A stretch of 64,000 nt of DNA. Source: Hydrolagus affinis. Its lineage: Eukaryota. Where the stretch lies: assembly GCA_012026655.1 (NCBI GenBank), contig JAAILG010000419.1, positions 1 through 64,000 on the forward strand, read 5' to 3'. Each line of letters begins with the position of its first letter. The stretch's first letter is position 1. Both the position numbers and the translations under genes were made by a program. Positions 39,486 through 52,961 of the stretch are shown here, in pieces. A model generated the notes under the pieces. That model did no database searches and had not been told where the DNA came from. It worked only from the letters and a program-made list of their open reading frames with translations.

Positions 39486-41139
39486 TAGCTGAGCAAAACA
39501 CGTTTTGCCGTCTTGTTGCGCTCTATTTTTTCAATCCTACATGTTAAAAAACATTAATTTATTTTGACCTATTAAGAATGTTAGCTGACCACATGGGGGT
39601 GCTATTTGTATAGCTCTATATGAGGTGAGGGACAGGAGAGGTCGACTGGGATTCGCTGAAAGCGCATTCAGAGGGCAAACCATCAATATGAATGGATATT
39701 TTAACGAATGATATAAGATTAAATGTTTAGGTGAGCAATAAACATTTGACACAGTTGGTGATTAATCACACGTACAGTCGAGATCACTTAATGGCCAGTT
39801 ACCCAATTTAGACGAGATACAATTTGAACTTTAGATGTACCAAATACTATTTATACTAACCTTCATTGTACTTGGATTGTTGTAAGTGTAAAGAACAGTT
39901 ACACATCCTAAACCAGTTGCGATGGTTGAGTTATGACTAGTTATTAGATTGAATAATTGATGTATCTGCTGGTAGTGTACAGGTAATGAGGCATTTTGAG
40001 GCATCTCGACATTTCGGTCAAATATAATCATGTTAAGTTCCAAAGCTGGAACACCAACATCTTATTTTTCAAGTTAGGATAAAGAAGATAAATTTGTCTG
40101 TATCGCATATTGCATTTTTGTCTGAAATACGCTTACAGTAAGCAAAATGCTAAAAGCATTACCCTGTGCTTTGATTTTTCTGTTGCATCTATTTATAATG
40201 ATTAATGTCCAGCTCGCTCTAATTCACTATAACTATATGACACAGAGATTTACTGCTGGAAACAAATAACCCACAGTTTCTTGGAATTCAAATTGCTGAT
40301 GTTATCGGTTATAGAGACTGTTCAGTTTCTAAATTGTTGTGATGTTTTAAAATTAACGAAATGATTTTCTTGGAAATGAATTAGAAAAGGATTATACTGT
40401 AATATAATTACTCTCGCTACCAACCACTTTATCTTCCTTGGTAAGGCAAAAGGAAATGACTGGTATTCAAACACAGAAAATTGTTCTTCCAATGCTTTAT
40501 AGGCTGTATAAAGCAATGAATACAGGTTCTTTATTGATCTTTTCAAAATAATTATTGTACAGTATTAGTTTAATATACCATCATCTGTACCTCCTACAAA
40601 GGGTGAATAGAAAAGATGGCTCATTGCGTTAACAAATAGGTACTTTTGAGCTTTTTAAATCTGAATTTATATGAAATATTATAATAGAGTGAGGCTAGAT
40701 GTGTTGTATAGGTAAATGTGAGCTTAGTAGGTTGCCAGAAAGCAGAAATCATTTGCTGAGAGACTTCTGTGAGAATATATCTCCTACACTCAGCAAAGTG
40801 TCTGGGTAAGACTTAATCTTTTACGGCGAGCAAGCTGGTTACTTTAATAGATGTTTTGTTAATTCCATCGTTTTGTATACCAATTGCCTTGACACCTTTA
40901 TTAATATTGTTATTTTAACCAGTTTAAAGAGCGATTTATCAAATTTTGAAATAACCTCTTTAAGCGAGCATACATTCCTCATCATTTTCCCATTATCTCC
41001 GGCAATTTCTAAAAGGGCTTGCGTATGATGGAATTGCTCAGATTCGTATGCAGAAAATGGTCATTTACTTTTATTTCTTTATATAAAACAAGAACGATTG
41101 TATTTTTTGCATGTTTGAGATGAAAAGGTGGAATGTGTA

Positions 41140-41852
41140 TTAGAGGTGATGGAGGGACTGGACAAAGAGGAGTAATTAGATGAACTGGCCATATTCACAC
41201 TGGAGAAGAAAATGTTGAGAAGCGGTATGATTATAGTCTTCAAGACGTGGAGTCCTGTGGCTCAGTCTTACAAGGGTGAGACCTGTGTTCGAATCTGGGC
41301 AGGTCAGGGCGAATCCTTGGGCAAGTTTCCTTAGTCCACATGCCTAATAATAATCCCTCCAAAACATTGGTCATTTCAATCCACGACTGTTTGTAGGACA
41401 CTGCTGCGTGCAAATGGTTGCTGTGTTTCGCCCACAAATTTACAGTCAATTCACTTTACAGTACATTGTGTGAAGCGCTTTGAGACATCTAGAAGACGTG
41501 AAAAGCACTATATCAAAATGCAAGGATTATTGTTATTATAAGATGTGGAAGGGACTAGACCCAGAGAACCAGAGGACACGGCCTGTGATTGAAGGCAGGT
41601 AAATTCAGAGCAAATCTGCGAAGACATTACTTCACCGAACGAGCAGTAAACCTCTGGATCAGGCTCCCTCAAGCGAAGGTGGAGGTGGAAAGTGTCATTT
41701 GTTTTAAGAGCAAATGAGATTGATTTCTGCTAGAAAATAATATTTCAGGCTACAGTGTATAGTTTGGAACACGACATGTCAAACGACTGTCAGGATGGTG
41801 GAAGGCGAACTATAGATGGACCTTGATCTTCTTTCACCAGCAAATTCCTATG
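41140..41852 (+). mobile_element. CR1 LINE 3' fragment split by a SINE
   Basis: Degraded ORF2 end: LDELAIFTLEKKMLRSGMIIVFK, then RTRGHGL*LKAGKFRANLRRHYFTERAVNLW, then the 3' UTR gatggaccttgatcttc. A related tail lies at about 43800-43865 (-). Confidence 0.85.
41247..41540 (+). mobile_element. Young SINE inserted in CR1
   Basis: gtggagtcctgtggctcag...caaggattattgttatta. Confidence 0.9.
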
Positions 41853-44800
41853 CTCCGACAAGGTGCTGTCTGCCTGTTTTGATAGTTCATGTGGATGGTA
41901 AAAGTCCCGTAACGGGAGTTCTCCTAGTTTCCTGGCTGATGTTCCTCTCTCTGATCCAATTTCACCCAAACAATTAATTGATCTTCATTTTATTGCAGCC
42001 TGTGGGAAATTTCTGGCACTGATCAGTTGTCACTTTTTCCCTACGTAACTGCTATTACACTTCAAGTGACTCATGGAGTAAACTGTTTTAAGATATTTTA
42101 ATAAGACACATTTGGGTATTATGTGCAATGAGTAAATACATGTGTACAGGGCAGGGAATTGCAGACGACCTTCATAATATAATAAATAATAATCCTTGCA
42201 TTTGATATAGAGCCTTATCATGCCTTCGAGACATATAAAGGCGCTTCACAGAATATATTGTAAAATGAATAGAATTAGCAACCAATCAAACAGAGTGCAA
42301 AATAGACCTTATGTCCAAATGGCTAAAATAACAATTTTAGAGTGTATTTTTGGGAATATATTTGAATACAGATATAGGTTTGAAAACAGCCGGTGTGAAA
42401 TCCATTTTCCTTTATGTCTCATGCATATCTGCAGAACAAATCTTTAGCTAATTTAATTCCATCACACTATCGAATGTAGCAAACATCGTCTTATAGCACC
42501 AAGTACAAGAGTTACGCTCGCAGCTTGTCTCATACGGACTCCCTCAAGCAGTTTGACAATTTTTTAGCTGTTGAATATCTCACACATTTTCTGATATTAA
42601 ATAATGCCTATGCCTGGAAGCAAACTAGTCCCAAGTTACTAACCTAATTAAATACAGACACAGCTCAAAGATTTGCCATATAGCCTCTGGAATACACGGC
42701 ACAGTTCTGTTTACCAGTTCTTCTTTAGAAAGCTTTTAATCTTTTAAAAACAGCGCTGCTTTTTTTTTGTTCATGTTAATTCTACTGCAAAATTAATATG
42801 TAAACCTTGTTAAGGCTGTTGCCCTCTTTATCCTGTACCTTTCCCTGTGAATTGCCTTGGTTTTCACGCAGATTCGCTGCAAAAGTGCAGTCAGTGTACA
42901 CTGGAATCGAGCAGCATGGATAGGAAGCAAATCACGCAGGAGACCTGCTGCTGAAAGTACCTTGAGGTGACTCCAGCAACATTTTGACTTACATTAGTTG
43001 CCGTATAAACGCAGAAAAATGAATCAAAGTGGGTTCCGTTCCATAACTACTACATAGGGAGTTGGGGGGGGGTGGGAGGGGGGGCAATGGATTGGAGTTC
43101 TCTGCGTTTTCCAGCAGGGGTCACTGGAAATTGATCAGTGTACAATACTTGGCTGGATTTTTCCCAACCTTTGGTGACCTTAGGCCAACTGTAGAATCTC
43201 AACTGCAGGAACCTAGTCTTTTTTTTAAACAAGAAAAAAATTGCCTGAGCCACAGCATTCTGAAGGCAACCATATGATCTTGTTCTTACAGATTCTCCTT
43301 GGAAAGTCTGCCTTCACTACCCATCTGTCAAAATTGCTCTCAGACAGAAACACCATAAAATTGCAGTGTCTCCAGGGTGAATTCTGAAATATGAAAGTAT
43401 GATTTTTAAAACGCTTCATGTCGAGTCTCTTAACTATCTGTGTGAGCTCCACAGGCACAGTTTCAGGCGTTTAGCAACAAAATCCTGTTTTCGGAGCTTA
43501 GTTTTTATCATCTGCGAGAGACCATTCATTAAAAAAAAATCTCCCGCAGAGCGTGCAAACTGAGGTAAATAGGTTTGTGAAACATCCACTGTTCAATCCT
43601 TCCTCCCTAAACCGTCTGCTTAATCCAGAGCTCGCAATAGTCAATGGATTGTGGCTAATCGCGGAGTAATAGGGGCACATTACCGTGATCATGTATTGAC
43701 GTGACACATCATCAAGAAGCGGCGCCTTTTCAGCTAGGACAGAACATACGCTAGGCAAGCATATGAATAATAAGAATAGTTACAAAGGTGCAAGTTCATA
43801 AGAACATAATAAATGCTAGATGAAAAAAAAAGAGACCCAAGGTCCATCAAGTTCACCTTCCACTTCCACTGGCAATTAAGTGTAGTTATGTCTCGAACTA
43901 CCTATGTACTACTGTATATCCCATAATGTTATTTCCTAAGTCAACAGATTGCAATACATAGGGGAAGCTGCAAGTCTATGGCTTCACCAATCTATTGCAA
44001 TCTATTGATTTGCACCTTTGCAACTATTGATGTTTCCCCATCCCTCCACTAACCCAGAGGCCTCTGCGATGTAGCTGAGAATGAGACTACTTTCCGCCAC
44101 ACACCAGTGCCATGGCCTCCTGCCTTATCCTGTTGCAGAGGTTTGCGGTCTGTTGGAAGACCAAGCAGCAATCTCCTGCCCAGTCCTGTGACTGGTGTGG
44201 GCACTCAGCAAAGGTTGGGTGTTCGCGCTAAGTTGCAGGGTCCACAGTGACTGGGAACTGACTGATGAGCAAGCGAGAGAGGCCTGGGAGCATATATTTT
44301 AGCAAATAAATGTTTCTCATTATGGTTATTATTATTTTTTAACTTAACGAGTTTTAACAAATCAGCTAATAGTCTGAGCCTATCTGCCGATGGAGTAACC
44401 AGTTACCCAGAATTTACTGTAAAATGAATTTGACCTCAAAAGCAGTTTGAGCCACTTAACATGTAAATCTCCCGTTAGAGTTATTTAAACCTATGAAATG
44501 CCAGCGTTTGCCAGATACAGAGATAAATAATCCTATATTGTAGCAACTGTACGCTTTGTCAAACATATGCAAATCAGGAGTAATTAGCAGTAATTAAGTT
44601 TTTTTTGCCAATCTCGCTGGAGAAGTCTAAATGTTATGGAATCCAGTTAGTCCACTCATTATCCTAATTGTTTTATATTGCTTGGTTCTTAATTAAAATA
44701 TGTAAATTGTGGTTAGTTCGTAAATAGTAAGAGCATTGGTTTTATCTCATCAGAAGAAAATTTAAGTTTGCCTACTCTGTGGACAGAGGAATGAATTACA

Positions 44801-46535
44801 GTGGGTTTTGGTAAAGGTTAGCCCAGCAATGTTGGTAATAGATTTTCTAAAATAACTCCTTCCTCAAAATATTCAATCCAGGGCAGTACGTGCCAAAGCC
44901 TTATAAGAATAGTCCTATAGCACCTTACCTTGTCGTTGAGACGTCTCAAGGCGTTTCACAGAAATTACTGTTAAGTGATTTGACTGTATATTATGTGGGC
45001 AAACCTATGTTGTGAGGAAAATGAATGCGCTGTGGCAATTTTCACTGCAAGATTTTATTTGGTCAGCCGGGTGTCTGCCACATGCAGAAACCTATCAACA
45101 TGCTTAAGAGTATCCAAACCGGACATAGTTCCATATATAAACGCAAAGATATTTTGCAGATTCATGGTGTAGTGTCTAGATGAATTGATGCTTTCCTAAT
45201 ATGACAACACTTCACACTACCTAATTCGATCATTATTAATAAATTTTGTCCAAAGGCATTCTATTTTTATTGGTGTTAGCATTTCAATGATCGATTTCCC
45301 CCCACGTCCTCAGAATCAAAATTAATCAGCTGAAGACCGAAAATAGATATCGATTTTTTTTCCCCCTTCCTTTTTGACATTACCGATGATCAAAAGAAGC
45401 TTCCGAAAATATTGGCACTACCTGTAGTTGGTGCTGCTATACCTCATCTTAGACCCATGTGTGACCAAAATATTCTCTGCTTTGGGAAAGCGCATAGTGC
45501 TTGATGCAAATTGCGAGCAGACATGCCTGACATATCCATGCACAACTTTGTGTGAATTTTCAAGTCATGCACTGGTACTTTGCATATTAATATGCCTCAC
45601 GATGCAAATGAGGTACATGTGTATTCAAGCACGCTGAGCAGCCAGTTTCAAGACCGCTGAGTGAAAGAAGAGATGCATCGAGGTCTGCTACAGCAAGCTG
45701 CCATTCTTCACAGCTTTTTTTTTTGTCTTCTGCTTAAGATTCAGTTTTGTCTCCTTCTCCCCCACCTCCAACCCTCCCTCCCCTCCGCCCCACCCCCCAC
45801 CTCCCCCCCCCCCCCCATTCACCACCACTACCTCCTGCATCCACCAACACAGCTCCCTGTCAGAGATTAGGTCAGGAGTCATCATCTGGACTGGCAATCG
45901 AATAGAGTCAGTTAAGATCTGAGCTCAAAATCTCAAATGCATACTGAGTAGAAAGTTTTCCCACAGCGGAGACGCACAGGTAATCTGTGGACAAACACAA
46001 GGTCATTGCACTGCTGTGATTAATGCCCTGCGTCTATGAACAAACCCAAGTTCTCAGTGTAGGATAGACTGGTTATGGGCATGTGAGAGCGATGAGTGGA
46101 AATGTGTGTGTTATGTTAATTCATGAAGAGGCGATGTATGGAAAATGGTGTAGCTTATTAAACGTGTCGCATGATTTTGATAACTATATACAAGAGATAC
46201 ACAATACCTGGGAAATAAGACCATTTTAAACTGTTACTAAATTCTGAGGCACCGTGGATGGCCCACAAACCAGCCATTAAATTGTGCGTGTTGTTTTAAT
46301 TATAATAGTCCAAGTAGAGGATGGGTGAGCAGACTGTAATTGATATAATAATTCCTCTTTCCTTTCCTTTCAATGTGAAGCTGCAATTTACAAATAAAGA
46401 TTTATAAGCTTTCTTTGTAATTTGTCTAAAATAATAGCTGACTGTTCTGATCTGCACAACACGATGACAATCTCGTGTTCAAATGAAGGAGTCTGACAAA
46501 TATTTATTTGACGATTAAAACTGTTCCTTTAAACA

Positions 46536-46635
46536 NNNNNNNNNNNNNNNNNNNNNNNNNNNNNNNNNNNNNNNNNNNNNNNNNNNNNNNNNNNNNNNNN
46601 NNNNNNNNNNNNNNNNNNNNNNNNNNNNNNNNNNN
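46536..46635. other. Assembly gap (100 N)
   Basis: Run of exactly 100 N abutting a SINE body. Confidence 0.99.
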
Positions 46636-46805
46636 TTGGTCATTTCAATCCACGACTGTGTGTGGGACACTGCTGTGCGCAATTGGCTGCCGCAATTCGC
46701 CCACAAATATATACAGTCAATTCACTTTACAGTATATTCTGTGAAGCGCTTTGGGACGTTGATAAGATGTGGAAAGCGCTATATCAAATGCAAGGATTAT
46801 TATTA
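46636..46805 (+). mobile_element. Young SINE 3' half (5' part lost in gap)
   Basis: Near-consensus Deu body and tail. Confidence 0.9.
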
Positions 46806-47232
46806 CCTGTCAGTTAGCATCAGCTGTGACACCGGCACCTCATTTGATCAGATCAAATGAGAGCTACTTTTTAGGATTATACTTTGGATAAATTGCTTGT
46901 TATTTAGAGTATGTTTGACTTGAACAAAAGTGAAGCCGGAATTCTAATTGATTTTTTTAATTGTTTTATAATTTTTTTTAAAAAAATCTGAAATAATATG
47001 AATACTCATTCAGAATTAGGCATTAGTATTCAGTGGTTAACTAAATGCAAAATAAAAGGCTACTGGGTCTGCTATGCATTCATATTTTGTTATGGCTGTA
47101 ATGAAAAATAGTATCTTGAAATTAATTTGAATTGGATATTATTTTTTGCAATTGTTAAATGTTTGATGGAGAAGCCAGTGTTCTCTAAACTGATAGTTTA
47201 CTATTTTCACATTTTTACTAATTCCATTGCAA

Positions 47233-47420
47233 ATAATAATAATAAGAATCCTTGCATCTGACATAGTCCCTTACCACATCTTCTAGAAGTCTCAATGTGC
47301 TTCACAGAACATACTGTAATATGGAATGGCTGTATATTTATGGGCAAAATGTGGCAGCCAATTGTGCACAGCATTGTCCCGCAAACAGCCATGGATTGAA
47401 ATGACCAATTTTATTATTAT
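47233..47420 (-). mobile_element. Young SINE, 3' half
   Basis: Tail and Deu body, inverted relative to 46636-46805. Confidence 0.87.
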
Positions 47421-47958
47421 TTTATTAACAATTAAATTATGAAAATCCTTGAAATTGTCGGTATAAAACAATTTAATAGTGGATACGTATCAGCTACATT
47501 TTTGCATGTAACAAGCTTTTGCGTGTATTTAAAATAACCAGAACTACCTTAAAATTTAGTTTAGATAATACAGTTATGTATTTCCCTTCCTAATCCATTT
47601 TGCCTCCATAAATCAACATTCACTCCATTTCTTATTGATTAGATTTTGCAAAGTGCTTCAAAATGTTTATTTTTATGTGAAAAGAATTATATAAATGCAA
47701 GTTATTATTGTTATGATGGTTATTTTTCATTGAATTCTGTTTAAAATGCACCAGATTCATTCACATGAATAATTAATTGCCTTATATTATAATCCTCTTG
47801 TCATTAAACAAGTTTCCAGTGGATAATATATCTAGATAATACATCATGAATATGAATTCTATCAAGAAGATTATCACTGTTATTATCATCTTAAATTTAC
47901 AAAATGGTCCGCTTTGCTTCAGCTTGCAGAATGCACACAAAATGCTCTAAAAGCTATG

Positions 47959-48282
47959 GTGGAGTCCTGTAGCTTAGTGGATAGAGCACTTGTCTCACAA
48001 GCGAGAGGACCAGGGTTCAATTCCCGGGCAGGGTGAAACATTGGTCAAGTTTCCTTACTCCATAAAGCTCTGTTTATCTAGCAGTAAATAGGAACTGAGT
48101 TGTCGTTGATTGGTGGATCACTTTTCCATGGGTAGATCGCTTTTCCCCTAGGAAAAATGCTATGCACAATTGGCGATTTACCCACAAAATATACAATCAA
48201 TTCACTTTACCGTATATTCTGTGAAGCGTTTTGAAACTCAAATATGATAAGACGTTATATCAAATGCAAAGATTATTATTAT
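47959..48282 (+). mobile_element. SINE, long subfamily
   Basis: tRNA head plus ctctgtttatctagcagtaaataggaac...tggatcacttttcc block, then the tail. Confidence 0.88.
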
Positions 48283-50412
48283 AAACTGTTTGAATCCGAT
48301 CTTCATAATAGATCAGAGATACACAATGGTGGCATGTTGGCAGTCATTTTCTTCTAATCAGTAAAACCTATGCATTAACAGCAAGAACAGTAAAATCTCA
48401 GACGTTCAGCCCTACCATGTTTAAAGTAAAAGTTTGAATGTTCTGCCTTGGGGTATATATGGCTAATAGCAGAATCCAAATCTATTGCTGAAAAAAAAAC
48501 ATTGCAATTAATTGGCGCTGAAGGCCAATTTTCTTCTGCCTATGAGGCTTACTGAACATGAGATATTTAATCACAGTCAGAATTGGTGTAGTCTACTGTG
48601 CAAAGTGCTGCAGATTCCTTCGTGTACAGAAGATTTTGTAGAGACAATAGCATATGCTCCAATTGTAGCTGCCATTGTATGGGGAGGATGAAAGGAAGGT
48701 TAAGATTGAAGGTCTCTCTGCATGAAACTGTATCCACAAGAGAGGATCATACAGTACAGACCCATCACACCACTGGAATGAGAAGTAAGCAAGGACCACT
48801 GGCAAAATATAGATTAAACGGTGCTGTGAAAATGTTGTAAATAAGCCCTTAGAAATCTGTGGAGCAGGTTCAGAATATTGCATATCTGCATGGCAGGAAA
48901 TGGTCTGGTTTTGTACGTTTCCTCAGGAAAAATAGGAAAGGGGTAAATCTGGTGGTCTCACGTGTGCCAGTTTACATATAGCTACTTCTGCCCCTAACAC
49001 TGACCTGAGGAACTCTGACAACTGGTCAGAGTCAAACTGGTATTCTTTATTTGCATCCTGGTGTTAATAAGAATCCTGATGCCTATGCAGCCAGGCTGGC
49101 TAACTGACAGGGCCTGGAAAGGTATATTAGTCCCTTGGAGAAAGGATTCTTTGCTCTCAGCTTCCGTTAACCCCACCAGCCAAAGCCCCAATGGGTAGGA
49201 TGCTCCTAGCTGGACAAGCAAGGGGAAAGCTTGTCAGACAGTCCTCTTGATGGCAATATCTGTGCTTTTAGTTGGTTGTTGTTAAATTAGAGGGGTTTTT
49301 TTACCCTAAAAGGTTGTAGATACACACAGTGGTGGGGAGGTGTGGGGGTGAGGGGGGTAATTAAGATATTTAATATTTAAGAGGAAGGTAGATGAATATT
49401 CGGTTGTGAGGCATAGCAATGGATACGGATTAAAGGCAGAGGGAATGGTATTAAGTTGCAGATAAGCCATGGTCCAATAAAATGGCTCTATGCATTGCAC
49501 AATCTACACCTATTTCTAATTTCTGATGCGCTTGTGTTTGTTTATTCTTGACACGGTTGAGATCAATAGTTCCCTATCAGTGATGCAACTGAATTAGTTT
49601 GGATGTCTTAATAACTAAGACCAGGCATGATGAAAATTTCCTTCATTGTGTTATCGTAACTACAATATTAGTATTAACAAGTTTATTGCAGGGGCAGGAA
49701 AGAAGGTTAACTTCAGCTTTAACTTTAACTGCCTTCAGAAAGTATGTAACGTGTAATAGAGGTGTTGCTGGAATGCCAGAGGTGCATGTTATTGTGACAA
49801 AAAGTGATTTAATAACAAATCTGGGAATAAACTTACTGACATACTGTTGGCACAAATATGGTATTAAATATGATCTTCTATCACCAGCTGAAGAATGCAA
49901 TGTTGCCTGTGAACAGCTCGCTTGCAATTGAACCAATGTGCCAGGGAGCCTTTAAGCAAAACAAATTCTCCCTTAATTTCAATTTGCAGAATTTTTGCAT
50001 TCCCTAATAATGCATTAAGTTATTTTAACAGCAGTTTGTAAAGTAAGGTTAAAGTTTAGGTTAATTTAAAAGTTACAGTAATAATTGTAAATGTCTCTTG
50101 GTTCTTCCACTGGCAGAATGCTGCAGTCTAACCTCTGAAATGTATGCAAAGCATAAGCATGAGAGGACATGTATAATTGCATCGTAGGTTATTCATAGAA
50201 AACTGGTTCAAATCATTTTAGTCTTTGAATGCCTGTAGGTCTTTGAAGTGATTGCTAATGTTTGAACTTCCCTCAGTGATTTCATTGTGTCCCTTTATCT
50301 ATGATGTCCTACATAATGGTAATGTCGGATTATATTACACATTGATGTGTAGTAAATGCGATCTGCTGAAGATTTAAAATTTAAAAATTTTTTTTTTGCT
50401 TAAGCCTTCATT

Positions 50413-50790
50413 GTGGAGTACTGTAGCTTAGTGGTTAGAGCACTCACCTCGCAAGCAAGAGGACCTGGGTTCGATTCCCAGGTGGGGCGAAACATTGGAC
50501 AAGTTTGCTTACTCCACACCTCTGTTTACCTAGCAGTAAGTAGGAACCCAGTTATTAGTCAATTGACAGATTGGTTTTGCAGGGCTAATAATCCCTTCAA
50601 AATAAACAAATAAATAAAATCAAAATAATTTTGTCATTCAATCCACGACTGTTTGTGGGGCATTATTGTGCTCAATTGCCTGTGGTATTTCGCCCACAGA
50701 ACACACTTTACAATATATTCTGTGAAGCTCTTTCAAACATCTCAATGATGTAATAAGGCGTTATATCAAATGCAAGAATTATTATTATTA
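50413..50790 (+). mobile_element. Full-length SINE, long subfamily
   Basis: tRNA head, cctctgtttacctagcagtaagtaggaacc block, Deu body and (ATT)n tail. Ends about 100 nt before exon 14. Confidence 0.9.
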
Positions 50791-50892
50791 TTTTTCCATC
50801 CATCCTTAGGGTTAGGGTTCACCTTTCAGGTACTGTGTATTTTGTAGCAAATTCTTGTTTTAATGACTTATGTACATCTGTATGTTTGACAG

Positions 50893-51057
50893 GATATAGT
50901 GACAAATGTTTCTCCAAGAATTGTGCGTGGAATGACTTCTGGTCCTACCTACGGTCCTGGACAAAGTTCCTTTCTTAACATTGAACTCATCAGCGAGAAG
51001 ACATGTGCGTACTGGTGCAAAGGCATTACTGAGTTAAAGGCTGATTTTCCCCAAAAC
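50893..51057 (+). CDS. DPYD: DPYD exon 14 equivalent (165 nt): [36 protein letters not shown]...ADFPQN
   Basis: Acceptor tttgacag|gat and donor aac|gtgagt. Substrate-binding NIELI motif; this is the exon skipped in human DPYD*2A. Confidence 0.98.
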
Positions 51058-52961
51058 GTGAGTACCATGAACAACTTTTACAGGTGTAGTTACAGTAGTT
51101 TCCTACTTCTCCGCAGTTTTCAAATGTTACCTCTACTGTGAGTGAATCAAAGTGGTGCTTATCTACGGATGGTGGGAATCTACTTTGAATAGTGCCTTGT
51201 GCTTTCGCAATATTGTTAGGATTACACTGCCTAATTATTTGTCCTGTGTGTTTTTCTATTTTCTTACATGCATTCAGGCCTCCCTTTATCTCTTGGTACC
51301 CAATATATCTGCACTGAGAGAAGGGATATGCTGTTTGCTTTTCCTAAGCCTCTAGCCAGTGAAGCTTTGTCGGCAATGGCTGCCAGTTTATATATTCTCT
51401 CACCCAAGCCTTGACTCTCACCAACCTGTGCTTCATCTCTGGAAATAAGTAAGCAGGATTCTACTCCCGAGGAGAGAGTGTGAGACACAGGGAAACTTCC
51501 ATTCATTGGTAATAAACATATCTTTAATTCAGACTGGTTTGGTAGTAATGGATTACTAACATAGTAATGGATTTCCACCTGTAAGACAGACACTCGGTGA
51601 TCAATCACTTTTTTCTCCCAGTTACTTTGCGTACCTTGTCTTATTTCTTGTTAACAGTGACGTAACCTCCTTCGGCGGAAAAGTTACCTGCCATAAAATG
51701 GATGGCCTGTGAGGAACGCTTTCTCCCAATAACATTCTTGTTTTGAAAGGAATGTGAATGCGCTTTTTTCCAGAAAATGAATCATCCAATATCCAATGAA
51801 TGAAAAGAATAAGAGATCACGAGACAATTTAGTTGTTTCATGCAACATTTATGGAAATCACTATGCTGTTTTATTACCCATGGTTTATTTTTTTGTGGAT
51901 GCTATTTTTTTAAAAACACTGCTCCTGCGAAAGCCTGCTTTTAATTCTGCGCAGGTATTCTTTGCTGTATGTATCTCGGGTAACACCTATTTGAATGCAA
52001 CTGCTTCCTTGTACCTCAGCAGAATATGATTAAACCAACATGGTACTGTCTGACAAATATTCTCTAATTTCCTGTTCTCAGTCAAGTGTTTTATGATCTT
52101 TTTCTCTCTCTTGTTCTTTGCCTTTATCCCTTTTGAACTGTCATTATCTCTTATTGCTTTCCTTTCCTCTCCTCTCGTTGCCTGCCCTCTCTTACCTTTC
52201 ATATACTGGCATAGTATCCCACAGCAGAGCTAATTTTGTCTGCCTTAGCCCTTTGTCTCTAATGTGGTCCCGTTCCTAATTTTATTCTTGACATCTTTAC
52301 TACGTTCCTCATCCTGCCTGTGCAGTGGCCGTGGGCAATCATAGCACTTGAGAGCAAATAACTTCCCTGTGTAATGCGATGCTTTAGCAGCTCACAGAAC
52401 GGTCTGTTTAACAGTAATTTGTGGGAAAACAAAAATACCAAGCGCTTTAGAATTGATCAGTTTAAATCCACTGTATGAATACGTAGTGGTATTTGCTCTA
52501 AATAAGGTCCACAATTTAAGTTCAGTTCAGTGCTTTGGCTCACTACTATATTTTTAAAAAATCACTCAAAAGGATAGATGTCTGTGATTTTCGCACTCCC
52601 AATTATTGATTTCTGATATGCTTTGGTACTTGGAGATAATATCGTCCATTCAACTGATGTGACTCCAATAAAAATAGAACACTTCACGGAAAAACACATG
52701 AAGAAAAGAATCCGCATAAACCTTGGTCGCAAAGGCGGAACTCAGCAGCCTAAAATTTCAACCATTGTATCTAGGCAAAACACACCTTCTAGACAAGAAT
52801 ACCTAAATCATCGCTCCATCACATCATCGCTCCATTACAGGCGATCCTTTCACTTCCCTGGCATACTCCATCAAAAACGTTCCCTTTCTTTGAGATGCCT
52901 GAAATACGACTTCTATGGATGTACAGTTTTAAACAAATTAATAAACACAGATGGTAATTTG

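Noticed and set aside
44255-44285. ctgatgagcaagcgaga as a minimal hammerhead ribozyme
   Set aside because: The core needs GAAA (here GAGA), and I could not build stems I and III.
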